A stretch of 64,000 bases of DNA, from the NCBI GenBank assembly GCA_045568775.1, contig JBJLAJ010000001.1:1596-65595 (forward strand), written 5' to 3'. Origin of the DNA: Cytophagales bacterium (GTDB taxonomy: Bacteria; Bacteroidota; Bacteroidia; Cytophagales; MED-G16). The notes beneath the pieces were generated by a model, which saw only the letters and a list, made by a program, of their open reading frames with translations, made no database searches and was not told where the DNA came from. Positions within the stretch are counted from its first letter, which is position 1; each line of letters opens with the position of its first letter. A program made the translations under genes and the position numbers. This document shows positions 1 through 9,425 of this stretch, piece by piece.

Positions 1-257
1 TCACTATTACTTTCAGTTGGATCATCTAAAACTACAGTCACCATTTCTTCATCCAACAAAATCATAGCATATTTATTTGCCTTCACATACGATTCTTTGT
101 TATCAGATATGTTTTCTAATATCTCGTATCCTGTCATAAAGACTACATTCACATTAAGATGCTGCCTTCCTCCTATCCAAACCTTCTCACACATATAAAT
201 TAGTTTTGCGTTTACATCAAAAGACAAAAGAAATAAAAAAAGAAAAAGCACTCTCAT
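1..257 (-). CDS. Secreted hypothetical protein (runs off the window edge)
   Basis: Manual translation from ATG at 257: MRVLFLFLFLLSFDVNAKLIYMCEKVWIGG..., open to base 1, with a signal-peptide-like N-terminus. Confidence 0.65.
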   Translation of the reverse strand, partial: MRVLFLFLFLLSFDVNAKLIYMCEKVWIGGRQHLNVNVVFMTGYEILENISDNKESYVKANKYAMILLDEEMVTVVLDDPTESNS

Positions 258-514
258 AATGTAATCTAAAATTTAAATGAGAAAAATACAAAATGAGATA
301 ATGTTTACTTATGGATTAGTCGGATTTAGTTAAAATTTTCTCAACATAATCAACAAGAAGCTGATGCCTAGAAAAGGTAAAAATTATTGTTTTGAAATGG
401 ATTTATTTTATAAAATTTTATTTTGCAATTGAATTTCAAAGACAAATTTTCTTCTAAAAAACTATGATTAATCAAAATATATGGCTAAATTAATTCAAAC
501 CAAATTAAAATTAT

Positions 515-730
515 ATGGATGCAATTATGAAACAAGTAGGTAGCTTCGTAGCCGGAGTAACTAGCTTAGTAGTCTCACTTATTGGATTAAGTGTTGCTGT
601 AGAAGTTGTTTTTGGGGCAGCGCCTTGGGGAAGTGTTATTGGTAATATTTCTTCTATTGTTGCTGACTTAAACGGTGGAGGTTTTGTTGGACTTCTAGTA
701 CTTCTAATTTTATGGAGTAGAGTTAAATAA
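515..730 (+). CDS. Small 71-aa membrane protein with two hydrophobic segments, unknown function
   Basis: Clean ORF, A-rich translation start context, Gly-rich hydrophobic helices, followed by a strong terminator. Confidence 0.85.
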   Translation: MDAIMKQVGSFVAGVTSLVVSLIGLSVAVEVVFGAAPWGSVIGNISSIVADLNGGGFVGLLVLLILWSRVK

Positions 731-774
731 AGACTAACTAACTAACCTAATAAAATTTAATATTTTATAATTTT

Positions 775-800
775 AAAAAGCCGCCTTTGTGCGGCTTTTT
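775..800 (+). terminator. Intrinsic (possibly bidirectional) terminator
   Basis: AAAAAGCCGC-ctttgt-GCGGCTTTTT perfect inverted repeat. Confidence 0.85.
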
Positions 801-822
801 ATATCTTTATACATTAAGAAAA

Positions 823-1059
823 ATGATAAAAAACATAGAAAAAAATATATCTACAGTTTCTGGGCTAATAAACTATCTAACAAGAATCACAATCGCTTTC
901 TTAGCCTGTGCAATTCTATTTCAGTTAACTACTAACGTCAAATTATTTGACATGGATGTTATTGCTAACGCTACTACACTTTTCAATATGCTTGGTACAA
1001 AGGTAATTCTAGGTATTTTGGCTATTATTACACTTTTCTATCTACTCAGGAAAAAGTGA
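823..1059 (+). CDS. Small 78-aa membrane protein, probable distant paralog of 515..730
   Basis: ATG at 823 preferred because the TTG at 787 lies inside the terminator; same helix pattern (DVIANATTLFNMLG..VILGILAII vs SVIGNISSIVADLN..FVGLLVLL). Confidence 0.7.
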   Translation: MIKNIEKNISTVSGLINYLTRITIAFLACAILFQLTTNVKLFDMDVIANATTLFNMLGTKVILGILAIITLFYLLRKK

Positions 1060-1833
1060 CTCTATCAGATTTTTATCTGGAATACTCAATATTTTCTCGA
1101 CATAATCAACATAAAGCTGATGGCCAAGGGGAAGTTGTTCTCTTATTTCAGATGACGTGCCTAAAGTAAATTCTCCGTTGCCAGTCATGCCCTGTTGCTT
1201 ATTACCTGATACAATAAAATAATCCCATTCCGCAAGAATAAGCCAGTACGCATACTCTTGTGTTGTTACATGATCATACCCTTCTTTATCTCCTTTCATT
1301 TCATCGTAAGAAGAAACATCATACACACCCTTATCAATTGCTTCCTGCATTGCTTGTCTAAGTCTTGAAGAAGACTTATTATATCCCCAGTTATTTGGGT
1401 AAGCAAGTTTTAATATTACTGCTGTGACTGTATGTAATAAGTGTTCTATAACTTCATTTATCTGCCTAGGTCCTCCTTTACTCTCTTCCCATATGAAATC
1501 TGTGCAATTATGTTTATATGGCTTAGGGACATCGGTATTATGTGCGTACTGTTCATTTTTTTCAAATGATGCTTCAAGGCCAACACGTTGGTAGACATGC
1601 TCATCCTTAGAGGTCATCAGATAATGTGAGCGCATAGACTGATCTATCTTTGAATTATCTTCAAACATCGCATCGTATGACTGGGCAACTTTATTTAAAA
1701 ACTCAAGACTCACATCTTCTTTCCCAAATATCCTTAGATTATTAGAATCTACGTGTTGTGTGAAATCTATATTAGCTAAGTCTGAATTAGACCCACAAGA
1801 AAAAAACAATATAAACAAAAACACTTTTTTCAT
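1042..1833 (-). CDS. Hypothetical lipoprotein with metallopeptidase-like EHLLH motif
   Basis: Lipobox FFSC; EVIEHLLHTVT and downstream QEYAYW. Confidence 0.7.
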   Translation of the reverse strand: MKKVFLFILFFSCGSNSDLANIDFTQHVDSNNLRIFGKEDVSLEFLNKVAQSYDAMFEDNSKIDQSMRSHYLMTSKDEHVYQRVGLEASFEKNEQYAHNTDVPKPYKHNCTDFIWEESKGGPRQINEVIEHLLHTVTAVILKLAYPNNWGYNKSSSRLRQAMQEAIDKGVYDVSSYDEMKGDKEGYDHVTTQEYAYWLILAEWDYFIVSGNKQQGMTGNGEFTLGTSSEIREQLPLGHQLYVDYVEKILSIPDKNLIESLFPE

Positions 1834-2309
1834 AATTTTAGTTTTGTTTTAGAATTATCAATATTTTTTTCATTTAATTTATGGATCATAATATCCCTCT
1901 CAAATCCTCTCCTTTTTGATGCCACCTTAAATGGTACAGACACACCATATCCAATTGCTCCTACGCTTAGGAAAGCAGCTCCAGCTAATGTTGCGATGCC
2001 CGCACCTAATCCAGTGTCTTGGGAAGGAATTGTTGCTAGAAAAAGCACACCAAAACCGCCAAATATGTATGCTCCAGTCCTAAAAACTGTTCCAAAAACA
2101 TTATTTAGTTTACTTCTCTTGTGTACAGACAATATATATCTGAGCTTAAGCTCATCATATTTTACTTTTTTTACATCTAAGCCTAACTGATAGAGTTTAA
2201 CACTATCTCTATAAGAAAACTCCTGTTTTTTGGGGTAATCATAAATTTGACCACTCAGTGAAAATGATGAGATAAATAATAAGATTATTAATTTAAAGGT
2301 TATTCTCAT
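1830..2309 (-). CDS. Hypothetical membrane protein
   Basis: Likely start MRITFKLIILL (signal peptide), two C-terminal hydrophobic helices. Confidence 0.65.
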   Translation of the reverse strand: MRITFKLIILLFISSFSLSGQIYDYPKKQEFSYRDSVKLYQLGLDVKKVKYDELKLRYILSVHKRSKLNNVFGTVFRTGAYIFGGFGVLFLATIPSQDTGLGAGIATLAGAAFLSVGAIGYGVSVPFKVASKRRGFERDIMIHKLNEKNIDNSKTKLKL

Positions 2310-2331
2310 GAATGCAATCTTGAACTTATTT

Positions 2332-2883
2332 TTATAATACGCCTTGATTTTGAGCATCAATTGTAACATCACCTGAATTTTGCTGTAGCTGATTTAGCAT
2401 CGACATCATATCAAAGAAGTCTTGTTCTCTAGCAATTTTTCCATCTTTTATACTTACCAGTGTGGTGCCTGACAAATCTAATTTATTTCCTGATGCTGGT
2501 ATACCAAAAAAATCTCCAGTATGAGTACCCTTAAAGTTCCAATACTTTACAATTTTATCTCCTTGGCCAAAGGCATCAACAATTATAAATTCCACATCTG
2601 AAAACCCGAGAAAATAATTTAAATAAAAGTTTTTAACTGCCTCAACACCTACTAAATTTCCTTCTGGAGTTACAATTACTACATCATCTGTGAAATATTT
2701 TTCATTTACGATAGCTGTATCTCCTTTAAAAAATTCGTCCCACACATATCTATACATTTTAAGATCTTCTTCTATCTGAGCTTGAGCATCAATTACTGCC
2801 TTTTGTTCTGAACTCGGCCCACCACAGCTTAAAACTCCAAAAAGTAGTGAGATTGATAAAATTAATTTTAAAGGATTTTTCAT
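2332..2883 (-). CDS. SnoaL-like ester cyclase (NTF2 fold) lipoprotein
   Basis: Lipobox VLSC; GTHTGDFFGIPASG and DGKIAREQDFFD motifs. Confidence 0.85.
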   Translation of the reverse strand: MKNPLKLILSISLLFGVLSCGGPSSEQKAVIDAQAQIEEDLKMYRYVWDEFFKGDTAIVNEKYFTDDVVIVTPEGNLVGVEAVKNFYLNYFLGFSDVEFIIVDAFGQGDKIVKYWNFKGTHTGDFFGIPASGNKLDLSGTTLVSIKDGKIAREQDFFDMMSMLNQLQQNSGDVTIDAQNQGVL

Positions 2884-2940
2884 GGCACTTTGTTTATTTG
2901 ATAATTTCTATTTAGAATATAAAGTTATGAAAAAAAAAAT

Positions 2941-3543
2941 CTATTTATATAAATCTTTATGTATGTCGCCTAAAAGCTTCACAACTTTGGGAAGCAAGAG
3001 TTTTTTCTCATCGTTAACTAAATTATAGTCAGTTAACTTATTTGCTTCATCTGATGAGATCTGATTATTTATAATTTTTTCAATTTCATTTCGAGTTCTG
3101 TGGGGATCTCTTATTTTAATTCTTTCAATTCGGATGTCTTTGTCGCAGTAAATGTATACGGTCTTATCCAAGTCCTTATAAGAGCTAGACTCAAATAAAA
3201 GGGCAGATTCTTTAAAAAGAAACTTTTCAATTTTATTTTCTTTTACCCAATTCTTAAAATCATTTATAACTTCTGGGTGTACAATTGAATTAATTTTAGT
3301 TTTAGCCGACTCATCATTAAAAATAAGTTTAGACACATACTTTTTATTAAATTTTGAATCCTGATAAATATCTGACCCAAAACTTTCAATTAATTTATCC
3401 TTGATTAATTTATTTTCATTAATAATCTCATGAGCTCTCGCATCAGAATCATATACCTTATACCCAAGATGAGATATTATTTGTGACACAGTAGACTTAC
3501 CAGAACCTATACCTCCAGTAATTCCAATTAAATAAGGATTCAT
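2941..3543 (-). CDS. coaE: Dephospho-CoA kinase
   Basis: GITGGIGSGKS P-loop, DSDARA, IVHP, ESALLFE. Confidence 0.95.
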   Translation of the reverse strand: MNPYLIGITGGIGSGKSTVSQIISHLGYKVYDSDARAHEIINENKLIKDKLIESFGSDIYQDSKFNKKYVSKLIFNDESAKTKINSIVHPEVINDFKNWVKENKIEKFLFKESALLFESSSYKDLDKTVYIYCDKDIRIERIKIRDPHRTRNEIEKIINNQISSDEANKLTDYNLVNDEKKLLLPKVVKLLGDIHKDLYK

Positions 3544-4439
3544 CTATCTAATTTAATTGAATTTGGTGTAAGATCAATTATTTCAATTTTGGAAGTTCCT
3601 ACTACTTTAGGGATGACACTACCATTAATTAGCTCGTAAGATAAGTAGAGAGAATCCTCATCACTTAGTTCTAATCCCTTCTCTATTTGATATGTAACTA
3701 ATACTGTGGTATCAATATTATATTCATCTTGAGTATATTTTAAATTTAAATTTATCTCATCATTTACAAATTCAGAGACAAGAAAACTCACTCTTATACT
3801 ATTTGGAGAAATCTCAGAAAAATCATCAAATGGTTCAATCCGAATATTAGAGTTAAAATCCCTGTTTATATTATTTTCTTTTATCTCAACAAGGTACTCA
3901 TCTGGCAAATTATTTATTAATGACTCTGGTCCGTTTATATGAATAGAGTCATCTGAAATTGTAATGTCACTAACCACTTTAAAATTATCTCTTAATTTGA
4001 TGGTTGATTCATCCAGCTTCAGTATTAAACTTTTAGTTTTTTTTAGTTCAATATTGAAAAATACAGAATCTGTAACAACATAATTTAAACCAATCTTTTC
4101 TAATGATTCTGAAATATTTGGAATCAATGAACTAGAAAGTAAGTACTTAGTCTGCGCAGGATTATTCAATTTATATTCCGCCTCTCTTATATTAATTTTA
4201 AGAAGGTTTCTTAATAAATTCCATCCCGTTCCGTTGATTGAAATCTCTACAAAATCAGGAATAGGCTCTAGTATTACAAGAGACTCAGGATTATCATACT
4301 GAAAATTTATAGGATAAAATATAGTTACATTAGTTCTGTTATTTAATTCATTAAATACCCAGATTAATGAACCCACTAATAAACAGTATAAAAAAATTTT
4401 AGGTTGAGAAATAAGAGATAAAGGATTTTTAATCCTCAT
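3540..4439 (-). CDS. YbbR-like domain membrane protein
   Basis: N-terminal TM helix, GTGWNLL, INGPES; usual position between yajC and coaE. Confidence 0.75.
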   Translation of the reverse strand: MRIKNPLSLISQPKIFLYCLLVGSLIWVFNELNNRTNVTIFYPINFQYDNPESLVILEPIPDFVEISINGTGWNLLRNLLKINIREAEYKLNNPAQTKYLLSSSLIPNISESLEKIGLNYVVTDSVFFNIELKKTKSLILKLDESTIKLRDNFKVVSDITISDDSIHINGPESLINNLPDEYLVEIKENNINRDFNSNIRIEPFDDFSEISPNSIRVSFLVSEFVNDEINLNLKYTQDEYNIDTTVLVTYQIEKGLELSDEDSLYLSYELINGSVIPKVVGTSKIEIIDLTPNSIKLDR

Positions 4440-4442
4440 ATT

Positions 4443-4733
4443 TTATTTATTAGATGATGACATTTCAAATGAGATAGAGTTTTTATCAAACTTTACCTTT
4501 GTGCCTCTGTCTATATCAAGAGTCACCGTCTCCTTTTCAATCAAAATAATTTTACCGTGTAAACCTCCTGCAGTTACTACAGTATCTCCTTTCTTAAGAT
4601 TAGAGACAAAATCAGATTGTTTTTTTCTCTTATTTTGTTCAGGTCTTAAAATAAAAAAATAAGCAACTACTACTATAGCAATTGGAAAAAAGAGTTGGGC
4701 TAAACCAGAGCCTAAAGATTGAAGTAAGATCAA
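4443..4733 (-). CDS. yajC: Preprotein translocase subunit YajC
   Basis: YFFILRPE, LKKGDTVVTAGGLHGKI. Confidence 0.95.
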   Translation of the reverse strand: MILLQSLGSGLAQLFFPIAIVVVAYFFILRPEQNKRKKQSDFVSNLKKGDTVVTAGGLHGKIILIEKETVTLDIDRGTKVKFDKNSISFEMSSSNK

Positions 4734-4737
4734 CTGA

Positions 4738-5208
4738 TTAAGATCTAGGGTTAACCTGTGCTCTTATCAAAAGCTTTTTAACTTTAGATTCAGTGTTTGA
4801 AGTTATAGTAACAACTTTATTCTGCATACCTGGTTTATTACTTGAATCAAATTGTACTTTTATCTCTCCTGATCCTCCAACTGGTATTGGTTGTTTTGGC
4901 CACTGAGGGACAGTACAACCACAAGCTGCTGTTGCTTTTGAAATTACCAAAGGAGCTTCTCCTGTGTTTGTAAATCTAAAAACATGACTTACAATATCTC
5001 CATCTCTAATGTCTCCAAAATTGTATTCTTCTTCTTGAAAAGCAAATTGAGGATATGCTCCAGCAGGAACTAACGAAGTAAGACCACCGCCTTTTCTCAT
5101 TGAAGCTATCTCGGTCTCAAGCTTTGCTACTCTTAACTCTAAATCACTTACTTGTGACCCACAAGAGACAAGTAGTGACATAAAAAAAATAGAAATAATT
5201 TTTCTCAT
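4738..5208 (-). CDS. DUF1573 domain lipoprotein
   Basis: Likely start MRKIIS, lipobox LVSC; FTNTGEAPLVI, ACGCTVP, PIPVG. Confidence 0.9.
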   Translation of the reverse strand: MRKIISIFFMSLLVSCGSQVSDLELRVAKLETEIASMRKGGGLTSLVPAGAYPQFAFQEEEYNFGDIRDGDIVSHVFRFTNTGEAPLVISKATAACGCTVPQWPKQPIPVGGSGEIKVQFDSSNKPGMQNKVVTITSNTESKVKKLLIRAQVNPRS

Positions 5209-5215
5209 AATAATT

Positions 5216-5515
5216 TTAGTTTTCTTTAATTTTTGATAAAATACCATCAACATCTTTTAATAATTTCTCTGCCTTACTTTTAGCGTCATTAACAACTTTT
5301 TTACTTTTTGTTTTTGCTTCAGAGTCTATAGAATCTTTCTCGTCCATAATATCTTCAAGAAGGTCTTCTAATTTTCTTTTATATCTGTTTAATCTGAAAT
5401 TTAATCTGTCCCTAGTGTTATTCCCTTTATCTGGAGCAAATAAGATTCCTATTATTCCCCCAACTAAAAGTCCAACAAGTAGACTGATAAATGAATTAGT
5501 CGAATTTTTACTCAT
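5216..5515 (-). CDS. YtxH domain protein
   Basis: GILFAPDKGNNTR followed by coiled coil. Confidence 0.9.
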   Translation of the reverse strand: MSKNSTNSFISLLVGLLVGGIIGILFAPDKGNNTRDRLNFRLNRYKRKLEDLLEDIMDEKDSIDSEAKTKSKKVVNDAKSKAEKLLKDVDGILSKIKEN

Positions 5516-5521
5516 AACTTT

Positions 5522-6484
5522 TTATTTATTATCAATTAAACCTTTTCCCGATTTAATTATTTTACTTTCTTTATGCAAATTTAATGAAATTACATCTAAA
5601 AGACCATTTATAAACTTTCCGCTCTTCGGTGAACTATAATTTTTTGCGATATCGATACATTCATTAATCGTCACTTTTACAGGAATATTACTAAAAGATG
5701 TCATTTCCCCAATACCCATTCTGAGTATTGATCTATCCATTAATGTAATCCTTTCCAAGTCCCAGTTTTTAGCATATTTTTTAATATACTTATCATATTC
5801 ACTGGTATTTTGAACAACAATATCAAACAAAGAGCTAGCAAATTTTAGGTCTTCTTTTATGTCTTCAGACAAACTTGCGACAGCAAATGTATTAAAATTT
5901 GATGAATTCATAGATTTAACTGTCTTTTTTAACATTGACCTTACAATTAAAAAGTCTTCATTCCAAAAAATATTATTTTCTTCAAAGAACCTTTTTACAA
6001 TTTCATTTTTTAAAAGAAACTTTAATAACAACTCAGAAAAAAAATTATAATCATCTTCAAAAGAAGGAGACTCAATTAAAATATAATCTTTATAAAAACC
6101 CTCCTCTAATAATAATTTGTACCACACCCTCATGTCCTCATTATCTTTATTCCATTGGTTTTTGTGTTTAATGAGCCCGTCAATTACGACAGTATTTTTC
6201 TCAAGGAAGTTCACTACCCTATTATCTGATAAATTGAATCTAGAATTACTTTTTTTAATTTTTTCACTTTTGGCAATCTCTCTCTTTTCTTCGTTTATTT
6301 TTTTAAAAATTATTGGTATTGATAACAGATCAAAAAAGTTTTTTTCTATGCCTGTAATTGACGTATCTAACTCTTGAGAAATTTTTAATTGAAGTTTATC
6401 AACATCATCACTTTGTGTAGACTGATGAGAGAAAGAGTATAATAACTGTAAGACTTTAACCCTAAGGGTTCTTCTGTTTATCAT
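5522..6484 (-). CDS. nusB: Transcription antitermination factor NusB (long Bacteroidota form)
   Basis: NRRTLRVKVLQ, NWDLERI, PVKVTINECIDIAK, FINGLLD. Confidence 0.95.
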   Translation of the reverse strand: MINRRTLRVKVLQLLYSFSHQSTQSDDVDKLQLKISQELDTSITGIEKNFFDLLSIPIIFKKINEEKREIAKSEKIKKSNSRFNLSDNRVVNFLEKNTVVIDGLIKHKNQWNKDNEDMRVWYKLLLEEGFYKDYILIESPSFEDDYNFFSELLLKFLLKNEIVKRFFEENNIFWNEDFLIVRSMLKKTVKSMNSSNFNTFAVASLSEDIKEDLKFASSLFDIVVQNTSEYDKYIKKYAKNWDLERITLMDRSILRMGIGEMTSFSNIPVKVTINECIDIAKNYSSPKSGKFINGLLDVISLNLHKESKIIKSGKGLIDNK

Positions 6485-6510
6485 AAAACTTCAAATTAAA
6501 GAACGAAGTG

Positions 6511-6518
6511 CAAATGTA
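6511..6518 (-). promoter_or_regulatory. Bacteroidota -7 promoter element for nusB operon
   Basis: TACATTTG on minus strand matches TAnnTTTG. Confidence 0.6.
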
Positions 6519-6519
6519 A

Positions 6520-7587
6520 TTACTTTTTAGAATTTTCCTTAATTCTATCTTTTGCTAATTGAATTGCTGAGGCATTAGTTGAGAATGAATGTTTAATAGA
6601 ATGGTCTAATACATCTAAAACCTTATCATAAATTGATTCCGTCATTTTCATTACTTTTTTCTCATCAATATCATTTATTTGCTCATGATAAACACTAATT
6701 ATTCCTCCGGCATTTATTAAAAAATCTGGGATATATAAAATGTTTTTTTCTTTTAAGATCTCTGGGACCAAAGAATCATCACCAAGCTGATTATTAGCAG
6801 CACCAGCTATAATATCACATTTAATCTTTTTTAGAGAATCAACATTTATTGTTCCTCCTAAAGCACATGGAGATATTATATCATAAGTTTTATCATAAAT
6901 TTCATGTTCATTAACAATAGTTACATTATCTCCAGAAACATTTTCTATATTTTCTTTATTAATATCAACAACAGACACATCTGCTCCTTCATTTATAAGA
7001 TGACTAACCAGTTTTCTTCCAACATTCCCTACTCCCTGAACTAATACCTTCTTGTTTTTTAAACTATCGTTTCCTGTTATGTGCTTTGTAGCAGACTTTA
7101 TCCCAACGTAAACACCATAGGCAGTTGGAGAAGAGGAATCGCCTAAGCCACCGTGCTCTTTGGGTAATCCCACAACATAATCACTCCTTTCCTTCATCCA
7201 AACAATATCACTAGTAGACATATTTACATCTTGTGCAGTCCAATATTTTCCATTCAAATCATTAATAAATTCAGCAAACCTCTTAATGAAAGGTTCCGAC
7301 TTTATTTTGGGGTCACCAATTATTACAGCTTTCCCTCCACCTGCATTTAGACCAGCAAGGGAAGACTTATAACTCATTGCTTTTGATAAATTTATTACAT
7401 CTCTAAGCGCTTCATTATCAGAAGAATAATTCCACATCCTTGTTCCTCCTATTGCAGGACCTAAAACTGTGCTATGAATACCTATTATAGCTTTTAAGCC
7501 TAAGGACTCATCATTGCAAAATACAAGTTGTTCGTGTTTATCATTTTTAATCTTATCAAAAACTGAAATATTTTGATCTTTACTCAT
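6520..7587 (-). CDS. Glu/Leu/Phe/Val dehydrogenase (leucine dehydrogenase-like)
   Basis: LGPAIGGTRM, GGGKAVI, QGVGNVG, AGAANNQL, PDFLINAGG. Confidence 0.92.
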   Translation of the reverse strand: MSKDQNISVFDKIKNDKHEQLVFCNDESLGLKAIIGIHSTVLGPAIGGTRMWNYSSDNEALRDVINLSKAMSYKSSLAGLNAGGGKAVIIGDPKIKSEPFIKRFAEFINDLNGKYWTAQDVNMSTSDIVWMKERSDYVVGLPKEHGGLGDSSSPTAYGVYVGIKSATKHITGNDSLKNKKVLVQGVGNVGRKLVSHLINEGADVSVVDINKENIENVSGDNVTIVNEHEIYDKTYDIISPCALGGTINVDSLKKIKCDIIAGAANNQLGDDSLVPEILKEKNILYIPDFLINAGGIISVYHEQINDIDEKKVMKMTESIYDKVLDVLDHSIKHSFSTNASAIQLAKDRIKENSKK

Positions 7588-7646
7588 AATTATGATATTA
7601 AATAATAGTTTTACAATTAGTTATATCATTAAATTTATAAAAAAAT

Positions 7647-9425
7647 TTGAAAGACCTCTCCTATTTAAATAAATACCTTTTAAAGTATAAATATTATTAT
7701 ACAATTGGAGTAATATTCATACTTATTTCAACTGTTTTTGCAGTCATTCCAGCAACATTGATAAGAGAAACTTTCAACCTGATAGAAAGTGGGTATTCTC
7801 AGTATGAAAATGGCGAGATATTAATTAAATCAAAAATTCTGAAAGATGTACTTTTTTACTCTTCAGGAATAATTTTAGCTGCAATAGTTAGAGGGTTTTT
7901 TATGTATATGATGAGGCAAACCATAATAGTTGCTTCAAGAAGAATCGAATATGATTTAAAAAATGATATTTTTTTTCACTATCAAACTCTTCCTCTAGAA
8001 TTTTATAAAAAAAATAATACTGGTGATTTGATGAATAGAATTTCTGAAGATGTCAGTAAAGTAAGAATGTATCTTGGCCCAGCATTAATGTATGGAATGA
8101 ATGTAACTATTCTAATGTTAATAGTAATTCCATTTATGTTTTATATTAATCTAAATTTAGCCTTCTATAGCTTAATCCCCTTACCATTTTTGGTTATCTG
8201 TATTTACTTAGTACAAAACGTTATTAACAAAAGATCCGAAGAGATCCAAAAATCGCTTTCTAACCTTTCAACATATGTCCAAGAAACTTTTTCAGGAATA
8301 AGACTAATTAAATCCTTTGTAAGAGAAATAAACTTTTCTAATGTATTCAGTGAAAAGAGTAATGATTATAAAAATAAATCTATTAGTCTTCAATACGTTT
8401 TAGCTCTTTTTTTCCCTGTTATAATGACACTTATAGGGTTAAGTATCATGATTACTGTCTATGTTGGAGCGATAGAGGTTTTCGATGGAAATTTAACTAT
8501 TGGGAACATAGCTGAATTTCTTATTTATGTTTATCTGTTAACCTGGCCAGTCACTGCTCTAGGGTGGATAACCAGTATTATCCAGAGAGCATCAGCATCT
8601 CAGAGAAGAATCAATGAATTTCTAGACGAGAAGAATACTATAAAATCATCCTCTAATAAAAAACTCGAAATTAAGGGTGCAGTCGAGTTTAAAAATGTTT
8701 GTTTTAAATATCAGGACACAGGAATTGATGGGATGGATAATATCTCATTTAAGTTAAAGGCTGGGGATTCACTTGGAATAATAGGCTCTACAGGTTCAGG
8801 AAAAAGTACAATTGCCAATAGTATTCTTAGATTATTTGACATTGATAGTGGTAAAATTCTAATTGATAATGTTAGGATTAGGGATTTAGATATTTCATAC
8901 TTTAGAAGACAAGTGGGTTATGTGCCACAAGATGTCTTCTTATTCTCAGATACAATAGAGAACAATATCCTATTTGGTTCTGAGGATAACATTCAAAAAG
9001 TAAAAACAGCTGCTGAGAACTCCGACTTAATGAGAAATATAGAGTCTTTCCCAAATAAATTCAATACGAAAATTGGTGAGAGAGGTATCACTCTTTCTGG
9101 AGGACAAAAACAAAGAATATCAATTGCAAGAGCAATTATTAAAGAACCTAAACTTTTAATATTAGATGATTGTCTGTCTGCAGTGGACACAAAAACCGAA
9201 AATGTTATCCTAGAAAATTTAAAAAAGATTATGATAGAGAAGACATCTATTATCATTTCTCACAGGATATCATCTGTTAAGCTTGCAAAAAAAATTATTG
9301 TTATTGAAAACGGTAAAATTATTGAGGAAGGTGACCACAAAACACTTTTAGAGACAAAAGGAAATTATTATAAATTGTATAAACAACAGATTGAGTCCGA
9401 AAAGTCTCAGTATATCAGCTCATAA
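7647..9425 (+). CDS. ABC exporter, fused TMD-NBD (heterodimer subunit with degenerate Walker B)
   Basis: GSTGSGKST, LSGGQKQR, ILDDCLSAVD. Confidence 0.92.
   Translation: MKDLSYLNKYLLKYKYYYTIGVIFILISTVFAVIPATLIRETFNLIESGYSQYENGEILIKSKILKDVLFYSSGIILAAIVRGFFMYMMRQTIIVASRRIEYDLKNDIFFHYQTLPLEFYKKNNTGDLMNRISEDVSKVRMYLGPALMYGMNVTILMLIVIPFMFYINLNLAFYSLIPLPFLVICIYLVQNVINKRSEEIQKSLSNLSTYVQETFSGIRLIKSFVREINFSNVFSEKSNDYKNKSISLQYVLALFFPVIMTLIGLSIMITVYVGAIEVFDGNLTIGNIAEFLIYVYLLTWPVTALGWITSIIQRASASQRRINEFLDEKNTIKSSSNKKLEIKGAVEFKNVCFKYQDTGIDGMDNISFKLKAGDSLGIIGSTGSGKSTIANSILRLFDIDSGKILIDNVRIRDLDISYFRRQVGYVPQDVFLFSDTIENNILFGSEDNIQKVKTAAENSDLMRNIESFPNKFNTKIGERGITLSGGQKQRISIARAIIKEPKLLILDDCLSAVDTKTENVILENLKKIMIEKTSIIISHRISSVKLAKKIIVIENGKIIEEGDHKTLLETKGNYYKLYKQQIESEKSQYISS

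Noticed and set aside
787-822. TTG start giving a 90-aa version of the second small protein
   Set aside because: The TTG lies in the terminator loop; ATG at 823 has the typical A-rich context
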